Assembly (NCBI GenBank): GCA_050998655.1
Contig: JBPCPZ010000128.1
Coordinates: 1 to 39,001, forward strand
DNA length: 39,001 nucleotides
Reading direction: 5' to 3'
DNA from: Actinomycetota bacterium
Lineage (GTDB): Bacteria > Actinomycetota > CADDZG01 > WHSQ01
Below the pieces are notes generated by a model. It was not told where the DNA came from. It made no database searches and saw only the letters and a program-made list of their open reading frames with translations. A program made the position numbers and the translations under genes. Every line of letters begins with the position of its first letter. Position 1 is the first letter of the stretch. Below are positions 1 to 8,475 of this stretch, in pieces.

Positions 1-19
1 GTCTGTAGAGGAGAGAATC

Positions 20-1201
20 ATGCCCAATTCGCTCAAGGACGTGCCCGGCTTCGCCCCCCACGGCGGGGCCCTCGAGATCAGGGCTGCGGCTCCCGACGAG
101 AGCTCCGCTCTGGCGTCGGAGGCGACCGGGCTTCCCACGATCCAGGCGACCTCGCGGCGCGTGCTCTCTGATCTCGAGCTGTTGGCGGTTGGAGCGGCGT
201 CGCCGAACCGAGGTTTCATGATCGAAGCCGATTACCGGGGAGTAGTTGACGACATGCGTCTTGCCTCCGGGCTTCCGTGGAGCCTGCCGATCACGCTGTC
301 GGCAACCGATACTGAGGCCAAGAACCTAAAGAAAGGCAAGCGCGCCGCGATCCTTCACGAGGGCAGGGCTGTGGCCGTCATCGAGGTGGAAGATGTCTTC
401 TCCTACGACGCCTCGGAGGAGGCGGAGAAGACCTATCGGACCAGTGACGACAAGCATCCCGGCGCCGCGCACCTCTATGCGCAGGGACCAGTCTACGTAG
501 GCGGTGAGGTCACCGTTCTGGAAAACGTCTTCGCCCACGAGTTCTCCGAATACCGGCTCACGCCCTTGCAGCTGCGCGAGAAGATCGCCGCGAGCGGCTG
601 GACCACAGTCGTCGCTTTCCAGACCCGAAACCCAATTCACAGGGCGCACGAGTATCTGACCAAGTGCGCTCTCGAGATCGTCGACGGCCTCGTCATTCAT
701 CCGCTGGTCGGGGGGACCAAGGGAGACGACATCCCCGCCGAGACTCGTATGCAGTGCTACGAGGTCCTGATGGAGAACTACTATCCGCTCGACCGCGTGA
801 TCCTATCGGTGTTTCCCGCCGCCATGCGCTACGCGGGGCCACGGGAGGCGATCTGGCACTCGCTGCTGCGCAAGAACTATGGAATGACCCACTTCATCGT
901 GGGCCGGGATCACGCGGGCGTGGGTGACTACTATGGTACTTACGACGCCCAGAAGATCTTCGATGAGTTCGAGACCGGCGAGCTTGGCATTTGGCCGTTG
1001 AAGTTCGAGCATTCGTTCTTCTGTAAGGCGTGCGAGGGCATGGCGTCTGGCAAGACCTGCCCTCACGGCAAGGACCAGCACGTGCATCTCTCTGGAACTC
1101 AAGTGCGCAGCATGTTGCTCGAAGGCAAAGAGCCGCCCGCCGAGTTCTCCCGGCCGGAAGTAGCTCGCATCTTGATCGAAGCCGAACGCAACCGTGCTTA
1201 A
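20..1201 (+). CDS. sat: sulfate adenylyltransferase (ATP sulfurylase)
   Basis: 393 aa ORF with the hallmark ATP-sulfurylase motifs QTRNPIHRAHEYL and GRDHAGVG. A GGAGAG Shine-Dalgarno sits just upstream of the ATG at 20. Confidence 0.93.
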   Translation: MPNSLKDVPGFAPHGGALEIRAAAPDESSALASEATGLPTIQATSRRVLSDLELLAVGAASPNRGFMIEADYRGVVDDMRLASGLPWSLPITLSATDTEAKNLKKGKRAAILHEGRAVAVIEVEDVFSYDASEEAEKTYRTSDDKHPGAAHLYAQGPVYVGGEVTVLENVFAHEFSEYRLTPLQLREKIAASGWTTVVAFQTRNPIHRAHEYLTKCALEIVDGLVIHPLVGGTKGDDIPAETRMQCYEVLMENYYPLDRVILSVFPAAMRYAGPREAIWHSLLRKNYGMTHFIVGRDHAGVGDYYGTYDAQKIFDEFETGELGIWPLKFEHSFFCKACEGMASGKTCPHGKDQHVHLSGTQVRSMLLEGKEPPAEFSRPEVARILIEAERNRA

Positions 1202-1212
1202 GGGGGTTCCAA

Positions 1213-2691
1213 GTGGGTCTGCTGGACAAGCTTAAGAAGAAGGCGACGGATCTGTCTCAGTCCACTCAGTCTGAGAAGACACAAGCGGTTCCCGGGAAGG
1301 CGGCGCAAGGAAAGGTCATGGTCATCGGCCTCGATTGTGCTCCGCCGCGTCACGTCTTCGATGAGTACGCAGACGACATTCCAAACCTGACGAAGCTGAG
1401 AGAGAACGGCTTGTGGGGTCCGCTCGAATCCATCACCCCGCCGATCACAGTGCCGGCGTGGATGTGCATGATGACGTCGAAGGACCCTGGCACGCTGGGC
1501 ATCTACGGGTTCAGAAATCGCAAAGACCACACCTACGATGGACTCTCGTTTGCGACCTCGTGGGCGGTGAAAGAGCGTACCGTGTGGGACATCTTGTCCG
1601 ACGCCGGCAAGGATTCCATCGTCATGTCGGTGCCACCCTCGTACCCCCCCAAGCCCTTGCGCGGAATTCAGATCGGCTGCTTTCTCACGCCCAATGACAA
1701 TGCGGAGTACACCTATCCTAAGGAGATCAAAGCCGAGCTCAAAGAGAAAGTCGGCGAGTACATCTTCGACGTTCGCAATTTTCGAACCGACAATACCCAG
1801 TACATCCTGGATGAGTCATATCGGATGACCGAGCAGAAGTTCAAGGCCGCCGACTACTTGCTCTCGCACAAGCCGTGGGACTTTTTCATAGTGGTCGAGA
1901 TGGGTCCCGACCGGCTCAACCACGGCATCTGGTCGTATATCGACCCACAGCATCCGCGGTACGAACCGAACAATCCCTATCAAGAGGCGCTGCGCGACTA
2001 CTACCGCTTTCTCGATGGAAAGATCGGCGAATTGCTCCGCCATGCCGACGACGACACGACCGTGCTGGTGGTCTCAGACCACGGCGCCAAGGCCATGGTG
2101 GGTGGCGTGTGCTTCAACGAATGGCTCAAGACCGAGGGATATCTCTCGTTCAAGGGCGAAATTCCCGAAGGGCTCACGCCGGTCGACAAGCTCGATATCG
2201 ACTGGTCCAAGACGGTCGCGTGGGGCGACGGTGGCTACTACGGGCGTCTGTTCCTGAACGTCGAAGGGCGCGAGCCACACGGTATTGTGCCGGCCGAGCG
2301 CTACGAACAAACGCGCGACGAGCTCATTGAGAAGATCGAGTCGATGGTGGACCACGACGGAAATGCCATGGGTAACAAGGCGCTCAAGCCGGAAGAGATT
2401 TATGAAAAGAACAACGGGGTGGCTCCGGATCTAATCGTGATCTTCGGTGAGTTGAAGTGGCGTTCGGTCGGGTCGCTGGGACATGGATCGATCTACACCT
2501 TCGAGAACGACACCGGGCCCGACGAGGCTAACCACGCCGAGCACGGCATCTTCATCATGAGCAATGCTCCCGGTCAGCAAACGGGCCCGAAGGAGGGTCT
2601 GCCTTTGTGGGACGTCCATTCAACGATCCTCGATTTGTTCGGTCTCGAGCCGGCCCCAGGGGCTCTCGGGACCTCAGTGCTTAGGAAGTAG
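1213..2691 (+). CDS. alkaline-phosphatase-superfamily protein (type I phosphodiesterase / nucleotide pyrophosphatase-like family)
   Basis: The tracked ORF 1030..2691 overlaps sat. An in-frame GTG at 1213 follows a GGGGG RBS and the sat stop. AlkP-superfamily features: N-terminal metal-ligand block VIGLDC, probable Thr nucleophile in PPITVPAW, and VVSDHG near the C-terminal metal site. Specific substrate unknown. Confidence 0.75.
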   Translation: MGLLDKLKKKATDLSQSTQSEKTQAVPGKAAQGKVMVIGLDCAPPRHVFDEYADDIPNLTKLRENGLWGPLESITPPITVPAWMCMMTSKDPGTLGIYGFRNRKDHTYDGLSFATSWAVKERTVWDILSDAGKDSIVMSVPPSYPPKPLRGIQIGCFLTPNDNAEYTYPKEIKAELKEKVGEYIFDVRNFRTDNTQYILDESYRMTEQKFKAADYLLSHKPWDFFIVVEMGPDRLNHGIWSYIDPQHPRYEPNNPYQEALRDYYRFLDGKIGELLRHADDDTTVLVVSDHGAKAMVGGVCFNEWLKTEGYLSFKGEIPEGLTPVDKLDIDWSKTVAWGDGGYYGRLFLNVEGREPHGIVPAERYEQTRDELIEKIESMVDHDGNAMGNKALKPEEIYEKNNGVAPDLIVIFGELKWRSVGSLGHGSIYTFENDTGPDEANHAEHGIFIMSNAPGQQTGPKEGLPLWDVHSTILDLFGLEPAPGALGTSVLRK

Positions 2692-2733
2692 CCCAGGCCC
2701 CTCGACCGTCCGAGGGAGAGAGGAAGATCAAGC

Positions 2734-3279
2734 ATGAGGCAAGCGAATCGCGAGCGCGGGTGCGTTATTTGGTTTACCGGGCTGTCGGGCTCGGGCAAGA
2801 CCACGATCGCCCAGATCGTGGAGCACAAACTGCTCGACGCAGACGTGCCGATCGAGATCCTCGATGGTGACGTCGTGCGTGAGAACTTGTCCAAAGGCCT
2901 CGGTTTCTCCAAGGAGGACCGCGACCTCAACATCCGCAGGATTGCATTCGTCGCTCATCTCTTGCAACGCAATGGTGCGTTCGTGATTACCGCGGCGATT
3001 TCTCCCTATCGCTCGATCCGTAACGAAGCGCGCGGGATGATCAAGGAATTCGTCGAGGTCTACGCCGAAGCGCCTCTGGAGGTTTGTGAGGAGCGGGATG
3101 TCAAAGGGCTGTACGCGAAGGCGCGCGCCGGCGAGATAAAGGGCTTCACGGGCATCGACGACCCCTACGAGGCTCCGAGCGCTCCCGAGGTGACGTGCAA
3201 CACCGCCGAGGAGTCCCCCGAGGAGTCGGCGCAGAAGGTGATCGACAAGCTCGTTGAGCTTAAGTACCTGGAGGCTTGA
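2734..3279 (+). CDS. cysC: adenylylsulfate (APS) kinase
   Basis: 181 aa with P-loop [19 protein letters not shown] and the ISPY block typical of APS kinase. Confidence 0.93.
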   Translation: MRQANRERGCVIWFTGLSGSGKTTIAQIVEHKLLDADVPIEILDGDVVRENLSKGLGFSKEDRDLNIRRIAFVAHLLQRNGAFVITAAISPYRSIRNEARGMIKEFVEVYAEAPLEVCEERDVKGLYAKARAGEIKGFTGIDDPYEAPSAPEVTCNTAEESPEESAQKVIDKLVELKYLEA

Positions 3280-3283
3280 GCGC

Positions 3284-4177
3284 GTGATCGACCTTCACGC
3301 CCACACAACCGTCTCCGATGGAGGCGACTCCCCGACGGAGCTGGTTGAGAAGGCTGCGCAGGCTGGTCTTCAGGCTATCGCGGTGACCGATCACGACAAC
3401 GACGCCGGCTGCGAGGAAGCAGTCGAGGCGGGACGGCGCGTGGGCATCGAGGTGGTGCGGGGGGTCGAGATCTCCTGCGATGTCGAGGATCTCTCTTCAC
3501 GCGGCTACCATCCCTCCGGCCGCCCCACCATGCACCTCCTCGGTTACTTCATCCCGGAACGTGACAACCCGCTGTCGGAAGCCCTGGCTGAGCTTCAGTA
3601 CCACAGGGCTAATCGAAACGTCCTGATCGTGGAGCGGCTCAACGAGCTTGGGATACCCGTGACGTTCGAGGAGGTCGAGCAAGAGGCCGGTGGCCCCGGC
3701 TCCCAGATAGGGCGCCCCCACTTCGCCGCTGTGCTCGTGCGTCACGGGGCGGTACCCGATTACCAGACTGCGTTCGACGACTACCTCGCCAAGGGCGCCA
3801 AGGCCTACCTCACCCGCAAGCTCTACATGCCGTCCGACGCTGTCAAGCTGATGCTTGATGCTGGAGTCGTGCCGGTCTTCGCCCACCCCTTCACTCTCAA
3901 TCTGGAAGCCGGCGAACTGGCGCGTTTCACCGATGAGCTGCTCGAGGCCGGCATCAAAGGAATCGAGGGCTACCACGGCGACTGGAGCGAACAAGAGCAG
4001 GCACCGCTGCGGGCACTCGGCCAAGAACGCGGCCTGGTGGTCTCCGGTGGAAGCGACTACCACGGGCACATGCGCCCGGACCGGGCGATGCCCGGAGGAA
4101 AGCACGGCGTGCTGGCGCCCGCCGAGGCGCTCGAGGAGCTTCGCCGGGTAGCGGGCGAGCTGCAGCAAGCCGCCTGA
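3284..4177 (+). CDS. PHP-domain phosphoesterase (TrpH/YciV-like); probable 3',5'-nucleoside bisphosphate (pAp) phosphatase
   Basis: N-terminus VIDLHAHTTVSDG...AVTDHDN is the PHP metal-binding signature, and GGSDYHG lies near the C-terminus. The tracked ORF starts at 3254, overlapping cysC. The in-frame GTG at 3284 lies just after the cysC stop. The pAp phosphatase role is inferred from the sat/cysC context. Confidence 0.8.
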   Translation: MIDLHAHTTVSDGGDSPTELVEKAAQAGLQAIAVTDHDNDAGCEEAVEAGRRVGIEVVRGVEISCDVEDLSSRGYHPSGRPTMHLLGYFIPERDNPLSEALAELQYHRANRNVLIVERLNELGIPVTFEEVEQEAGGPGSQIGRPHFAAVLVRHGAVPDYQTAFDDYLAKGAKAYLTRKLYMPSDAVKLMLDAGVVPVFAHPFTLNLEAGELARFTDELLEAGIKGIEGYHGDWSEQEQAPLRALGQERGLVVSGGSDYHGHMRPDRAMPGGKHGVLAPAEALEELRRVAGELQQAA

Positions 4178-4182
4178 GCACC

Positions 4183-4593
4183 ATGTTCATCAGCAGAGCG
4201 ACGCGCCACGACCTCCCAGATATCGAGGAACTGCTTCAGCGCCACGACTGGAAGGTGTCTGATCTAAAGGCCGGAACCTTCTTCTTTGCGCGCGAGGGCG
4301 CAGTCGTCGGCTGCATCCGCTTCATCGAAGTCGCGCCGCAGACCGTGATCGTGCAAGACATGGTGGTCGACGCAAAGAGACGGCGGCAGGGCGTGGGCGA
4401 GCAGCTGATGAAAGCGGCGATGAACAGTCGCGGCGGTACGCTTTATCTGCGTTGCTACGACGACCTCGTCCCTTACTACGAACGCTTCGACTTTGCCGCA
4501 CTCGAGCACGATGCGCTCCCCGAGCCGGTAACGGCCTTCTTCGACGAGGCCGGCGCCCTCGAAGGCGAGACCCACTACCTCAAGGCCCGCTGA
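4183..4593 (+). CDS. GNAT family N-acetyltransferase
   Basis: 136 aa with the acetyl-CoA binding motif A RRRQGVGEQLM. It starts 5 nt after the PHP gene stop. Confidence 0.7.
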   Translation: MFISRATRHDLPDIEELLQRHDWKVSDLKAGTFFFAREGAVVGCIRFIEVAPQTVIVQDMVVDAKRRRQGVGEQLMKAAMNSRGGTLYLRCYDDLVPYYERFDFAALEHDALPEPVTAFFDEAGALEGETHYLKAR

Positions 4594-4642
4594 GCAACCG
4601 TTCCATGCAGACTTAGCCCCGCGACGCGGGCTCTGCACTGAA

Positions 4643-4693
4643 CGATCTTTTCAACGTGAGCCCCGATGAGCGGGTGTGAGGTTGAAAAGATCG
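4643..4693. terminator. long hairpin in a convergent intergenic gap (possible bidirectional terminator)
   Basis: Perfect 13-bp inverted repeat cgatcttttcaac (4643-4655) / gttgaaaagatcg (4681-4693) around a 25-nt loop. It lies 8 nt beyond the stop of the minus-strand Rpf-like gene and about 50 nt beyond the GNAT stop. A second GC hairpin (agccc...gggct) lies at about 4615-4632. Confidence 0.4.
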
Positions 4694-4700
4694 AAGCTGG

Positions 4701-5249
4701 TCACGCGCAGTTGGGCCAGCGGTCGTGCTCGCCCATCGCCAGCAGCCGTGCGGCGGTGCGGGCCTGAGCGACAGGGTCCCATATCGACCCGTAGCCGTAT
4801 TCCGACCACGTCTCCTCGTCGAACTGGAAGAGGCCGTAGTAGCCGGCTGAACTGTGAGCGTTGGGATCGAGGTCCGACTCGCACCACGCCAGCGAGCGCA
4901 AAAAGTTTCCGTCGACTCCGAACTCCGACGCCGCCGAGCTAATCGCACCCTCGACGGGGTCGGAGGGTTCGGCGGGCCGAGGTCTGTTATTCGACGATGA
5001 CCGCCGGGCCCCCGATTGGGTCGCGTCTTCGCCGGACTCTGGCGAAGGTACGGGGGCCATGAAAGCACTCTGTAGTAAAACGGCTTCCCCAAGTGCTGAA
5101 CCAGGTGGCCCGTCCACCTGTGTGACCGCTCCGCCTCCGGCCGCAATCAGCGATGCGATCCACGCGGCCAGACCCAGGTGGGCTCGTAGGCGCGTCCGTC
5201 GTCGATTTCGGCGCGCCCGCGCGCCGAAGATGAGCTTTTGTTCCTGCAC
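4701..5249 (-). CDS. secreted/membrane-anchored Rpf-like transglycosylase (resuscitation-promoting-factor-type domain)
   Basis: The C-terminal domain WCESDLDPNAHSSAGYYGLFQFDEETW...WPNCA parallels the Rpf pattern (CES, GYYGxxQF, TW, WPxC). The N-terminus is Arg-rich followed by a hydrophobic anchor. GTG start at 5249 is preceded by GGGAGG. Confidence 0.8.
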   Translation of the reverse strand: MQEQKLIFGARARRNRRRTRLRAHLGLAAWIASLIAAGGGAVTQVDGPPGSALGEAVLLQSAFMAPVPSPESGEDATQSGARRSSSNNRPRPAEPSDPVEGAISSAASEFGVDGNFLRSLAWCESDLDPNAHSSAGYYGLFQFDEETWSEYGYGSIWDPVAQARTAARLLAMGEHDRWPNCA

Positions 5250-5402
5250 AATGCCTCCCAGCCGTCTTGTGTCGACGGTGTCGGGGGACCCCAGAGGAAG
5301 AGTGTGAAAAGTGTTGGGCCCCGAGCGAAGGGGCCAGCCTGCGTGTTCAAGCCCCGCCCGACCACCCTAGCGAGAAGATGGGATTCAAGCAAATCGCATT
5401 CT
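5250..5402 (-). promoter_or_regulatory. candidate cyclic-di-AMP (ydaO/yuaA-type) riboswitch in the 5' leader of the Rpf-like gene
   Basis: The minus-strand leader contains GCUUGAAUCC (5390-5381), GGGGCCCAA (5322-5314) and GGGGUCCCCCGACACCGUCGAC (5292-5271). These resemble the conserved ydaO blocks CGCUUAAUC, GGGGACCCA and CCCGAANCCGUCAGC. AAUGC (5400-5396) can pair with GCAUU (5254-5250), which abuts the RBS GGGAGG. The second GGGGUGAAUC block is not evident. No covariance model was run. Confidence 0.35.
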
Positions 5403-5505
5403 CAGCCGGGAAGGTCTGCGGATTTCTCAACTCTGTTCCTCGCGCGTGGAAGGAACTAGAATGCATATCCATCGTGCAAATTTCCGTTGCGGAAGAGGCG
5501 CTGCA

Positions 5506-7866
5506 ATGACCACACTGCTGCCCCGGCCATCCTCGGAATCGGCCCCCAACGATCTCGCCGTATTGGAGTCGATTCAGCGGCGCGTCCTGTGGCTCGCCAC
5601 GTTCATGGTGCATCACGCCAACAAGATCAGAGAGAACCCAGATCTCATCAAGGTGGGTGGCCATCAGGCGTCCTCTGCATCGGTAGTGAGCATCCTCACC
5701 ACCCTCTACTTCGACTTCCTGCGCGCCGGCGATCGAGTGGCGATCAAGCCCCACGCCTCGCCTGCCTTTCACGCCTGCCAGTACCTTCTCGGCGCTCTCG
5801 ACAAGGAGTACCTCACGACTCTGAGGACCTGGCATGGCCTTCAGGCCTACCCGAGCCGCACCAAAGACCCCGACCCCGTTGATTTCTCGACCGGCTCCGT
5901 GGGGCTCGGGTGCGTCGCCCCCAACTACGCGGCGCTGACCGAACGCTACGTCGCCTCCCACTTCGGCCGCCCGGGCGCCCGCCCTCGGTTCATTTCGGTG
6001 TTGGGCGACGCCGAGCTCGACGAAGGCTCGGTGTGGGAGACGGTCGCCGAGCCCGTGCTCGAGGGAGTCGACAACCTGATCTGGATCGTCGACCTGAACC
6101 GGCAGAGCCTCGACCGTGTCGTACCGGGGATCCGAGTCGAGCGGCTGCGGGCGATGTTCGCGGCCAACGGGTGGGAGGTAATCGACGCCAAGTATGGGCG
6201 GGCTCTGGAGGCCGCCTGCCGGAGGCCTTCAGGAGAGCTTCTGCGCCGGCGCATCGACGACCTTCCCAACGACGAGTATCAGAGGCTCCTGCGGGCTCCC
6301 GAACACGAGCTGGCTCAGAGGCTGGCGGCATCGGATGAAGCCCTGGGAGAGTTCGCAGCCTCCTTCGAGCCTTCGGAGCTCGTCCGCGTGGTATCGGACC
6401 TCGGAGGACACGACTTAGCGGTCCTGAGGGCGGCACTTCAGACCGCCGAGCGCGCCGGCAAGCCCGCCGTGATCTTCGCCTACACGATCAAGGGTTGGTG
6501 GCTGCCCATCGCCGGAGACCCCCTGAACCACTCGGCCCTGTTGAGCGGAGAGGAGATCGCCCAGCTTGCCTCGGACCTCGGCATCCCGGAAGGACAAGAG
6601 CTCGAGCGCTTCGAGGAGGGCTCACAGGAGGCCGAGCTGTGCCGCCGTTCGGCCGCGCGTCTCGGCCTCGGCGGCGCGAAGCGGTCCCGGGCCCCCGCGG
6701 CTCTCGAGATCCCCTCAGACCTCGAGGGCGACTATCCCGGCTCGATCTCGACCCAGCGGGCCTTCTCTTTGGCAATTTCCGCGCTGGCGCGCTCGCACGC
6801 GGGTGTGGCCGACCGGGTCGTCACCGCCAGCCCTGATGTCGCCACCTCGACCAACCTCGGAGGCTGGATCAACCGGCGTGGCATCTTCGCCGCCTCCGAC
6901 AGGCCGGATGTCTTCTCCGACGCAGGCCCCCGCCTGCTCCAGTGGGACGAGCGGCGCACCGGGCAGCACATCGAGCTGGGCATCTCGGAGAACAATCTGT
7001 TCCTACTGCTGGGTGCTCTGGGGCTTTCCGAGGAGCTCTTCTCCGAGCTGCTCTTTCCCATTGGGACTCTCTACGACCCGTTCGTGTGCCGGGGGCTCGA
7101 CGCGCTTATCTACGGGCTCTACTCGGGCGCGAGGTTCGTGGTCGTGGCCACTCCCTCGGGCGTCTCTCTCAACCCCGAGGGCGGCGCCCATCAAAGCGTT
7201 ATCACTCCCTCGATCGGTCTGGAGCTGCCTCAGCTCACTTACTGGGAGCCGGCCTTTGCGCGCGAAACGGAATGGGTGCTGCTCGAGGCGCTGCGCGCGG
7301 TGGCGGACCGCTCTGAAGGCGGCTCGTCCTACCTGCGCCTGTCGACCCGGCCGGTGGATCAGAGCCTGCTGCCGATTGCGCGCGACGACGACGAGCGGGA
7401 GTCCCTGCGCGCCTCGGTGCTCTCAGGAGCTCACCGTGTCTTCGGGGAGCAGGGGAGCGCAGTCACGATCGCGGCCTGCGGGGTGATGGTTGCAGAGGCG
7501 ATTGCGGCCGCGTGCCAACTCTTGGAGGACGACGTTTCGGTCGAGGTCATCAGTGTCACCTCGCCAGGGCGCCTCTACCGTGGCTGTCAAGGAGCCCAAG
7601 GGGCAGGGCTCGAAGTGGTCTCGCGGGGCGGTCTGGCGCAGCCGTGGTTGCATCCCGCGTTCGAAGGATCGAACTCGCCCATCGTCACCGTCATCGACGG
7701 TCATCCCCACACCCTGGCGTGGCTGCCGGGGGCTCTCGGGAGGCCGGGGGCAACGCTTGGGGTCACGGGGTTCGGCCGCTCCGGCACCAGCGCCGAGCTC
7801 TACCGGGAGTTCGCCATCGACGCCGAGGCGATCGTCACCGCCGCGGTCTCGCTCCTCGACCGCTGA
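5506..7866 (+). CDS. aceE: pyruvate dehydrogenase E1 component-like, homodimeric ThDP-dependent enzyme (AceE family)
   Basis: Collinear with AceE: IQRRVLWLATFMVHHANK...GGHQASSAS, ThDP motif GDAELDEGS...NLIWIVDLNRQSLD, and C-terminal LGVTGFGRSG. The tracked ORF begins at 5446. The ATG at 5506 has a GGAAGAGG RBS and is preferred. No E2/E3 gene is adjacent. Confidence 0.85.
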   Translation: MTTLLPRPSSESAPNDLAVLESIQRRVLWLATFMVHHANKIRENPDLIKVGGHQASSASVVSILTTLYFDFLRAGDRVAIKPHASPAFHACQYLLGALDKEYLTTLRTWHGLQAYPSRTKDPDPVDFSTGSVGLGCVAPNYAALTERYVASHFGRPGARPRFISVLGDAELDEGSVWETVAEPVLEGVDNLIWIVDLNRQSLDRVVPGIRVERLRAMFAANGWEVIDAKYGRALEAACRRPSGELLRRRIDDLPNDEYQRLLRAPEHELAQRLAASDEALGEFAASFEPSELVRVVSDLGGHDLAVLRAALQTAERAGKPAVIFAYTIKGWWLPIAGDPLNHSALLSGEEIAQLASDLGIPEGQELERFEEGSQEAELCRRSAARLGLGGAKRSRAPAALEIPSDLEGDYPGSISTQRAFSLAISALARSHAGVADRVVTASPDVATSTNLGGWINRRGIFAASDRPDVFSDAGPRLLQWDERRTGQHIELGISENNLFLLLGALGLSEELFSELLFPIGTLYDPFVCRGLDALIYGLYSGARFVVVATPSGVSLNPEGGAHQSVITPSIGLELPQLTYWEPAFARETEWVLLEALRAVADRSEGGSSYLRLSTRPVDQSLLPIARDDDERESLRASVLSGAHRVFGEQGSAVTIAACGVMVAEAIAAACQLLEDDVSVEVISVTSPGRLYRGCQGAQGAGLEVVSRGGLAQPWLHPAFEGSNSPIVTVIDGHPHTLAWLPGALGRPGATLGVTGFGRSGTSAELYREFAIDAEAIVTAAVSLLDR

Positions 7867-7880
7867 CTCATCTCGCACAA

Positions 7881-7917
7881 CGGTGGTCAGGAGGGAACCA
7901 GGTTCCGTTAGCCACCG
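7881..7917. terminator. nested hairpin between convergent genes
   Basis: Outer stem cggtgg (7881-7886) / ccaccg (7912-7917) and inner stem ggaacc (7894-7899) / ggttcc (7901-7906). It lies between the aceE-like stop (7866) and the GNAT stop (7949). No U-tract. Confidence 0.3.
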
Positions 7918-7948
7918 CGAGCGGTAGCCCAATTGGAACCGTTGCCAT

Positions 7949-8467
7949 TCAGCCACAGAAGTCGGACCGGGTGGCGGCATAGAGTCGGTAGTCGATCCGG
8001 CCCCCGTCGCCGGGCATGAAGTCCCTCATCGTGCCCTCGTAGACGTAGCCGGCGTTCTCCAGGCAACGCCTCATGGCGTGGTTCGAGTCCGCGGTCGAGG
8101 CCTGCACGCGCTCGGCCCCCTCCCGCTCCAGCAGGCGGCGAGTCAGCAGGGCCACGGCCTCGGTGCCGATGCCTCGGCCCCGCATGGAGGCCTGATAGAG
8201 GCCGATGCCGATCTCCACCACCCCTGGGGGGTAGGTGCCGCGTCCCCGCCTGGCATCCATCTCACCGACGAGCTCGCCCGAGAACTCGATCGCCAGATCG
8301 AGCCGGTTCTCGTTCCAGTGACCGGAGCGGGCGAGGCGTTCGAGAAGACTGTCGCGCTCGGGCTCGGGCCCGACCATCCCGGGCGTGATCGCCCGCCCTG
8401 CGATGACCTCGTTCAGCTCCTGCTGCCGGAATGCTCGCAGTTGGACCCGTTCAGAGCGAAGCAACAC
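7949..8467 (-). CDS. GNAT N-acetyltransferase, RimJ/RimL-like
   Basis: 172 aa with the pattern LRAFRQQE...EIGIGLYQASMRGRGIGTEAV...NHAMRRCLENAGYVYEG, typical of the Acetyltransf_3 / RimJ-L family. It starts 8 nt after the upstream carboxypeptidase stop. Confidence 0.8.
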   Translation of the reverse strand: MLLRSERVQLRAFRQQELNEVIAGRAITPGMVGPEPERDSLLERLARSGHWNENRLDLAIEFSGELVGEMDARRGRGTYPPGVVEIGIGLYQASMRGRGIGTEAVALLTRRLLEREGAERVQASTADSNHAMRRCLENAGYVYEGTMRDFMPGDGGRIDYRLYAATRSDFCG

Positions 8468-8475
8468 CCGGCCCC

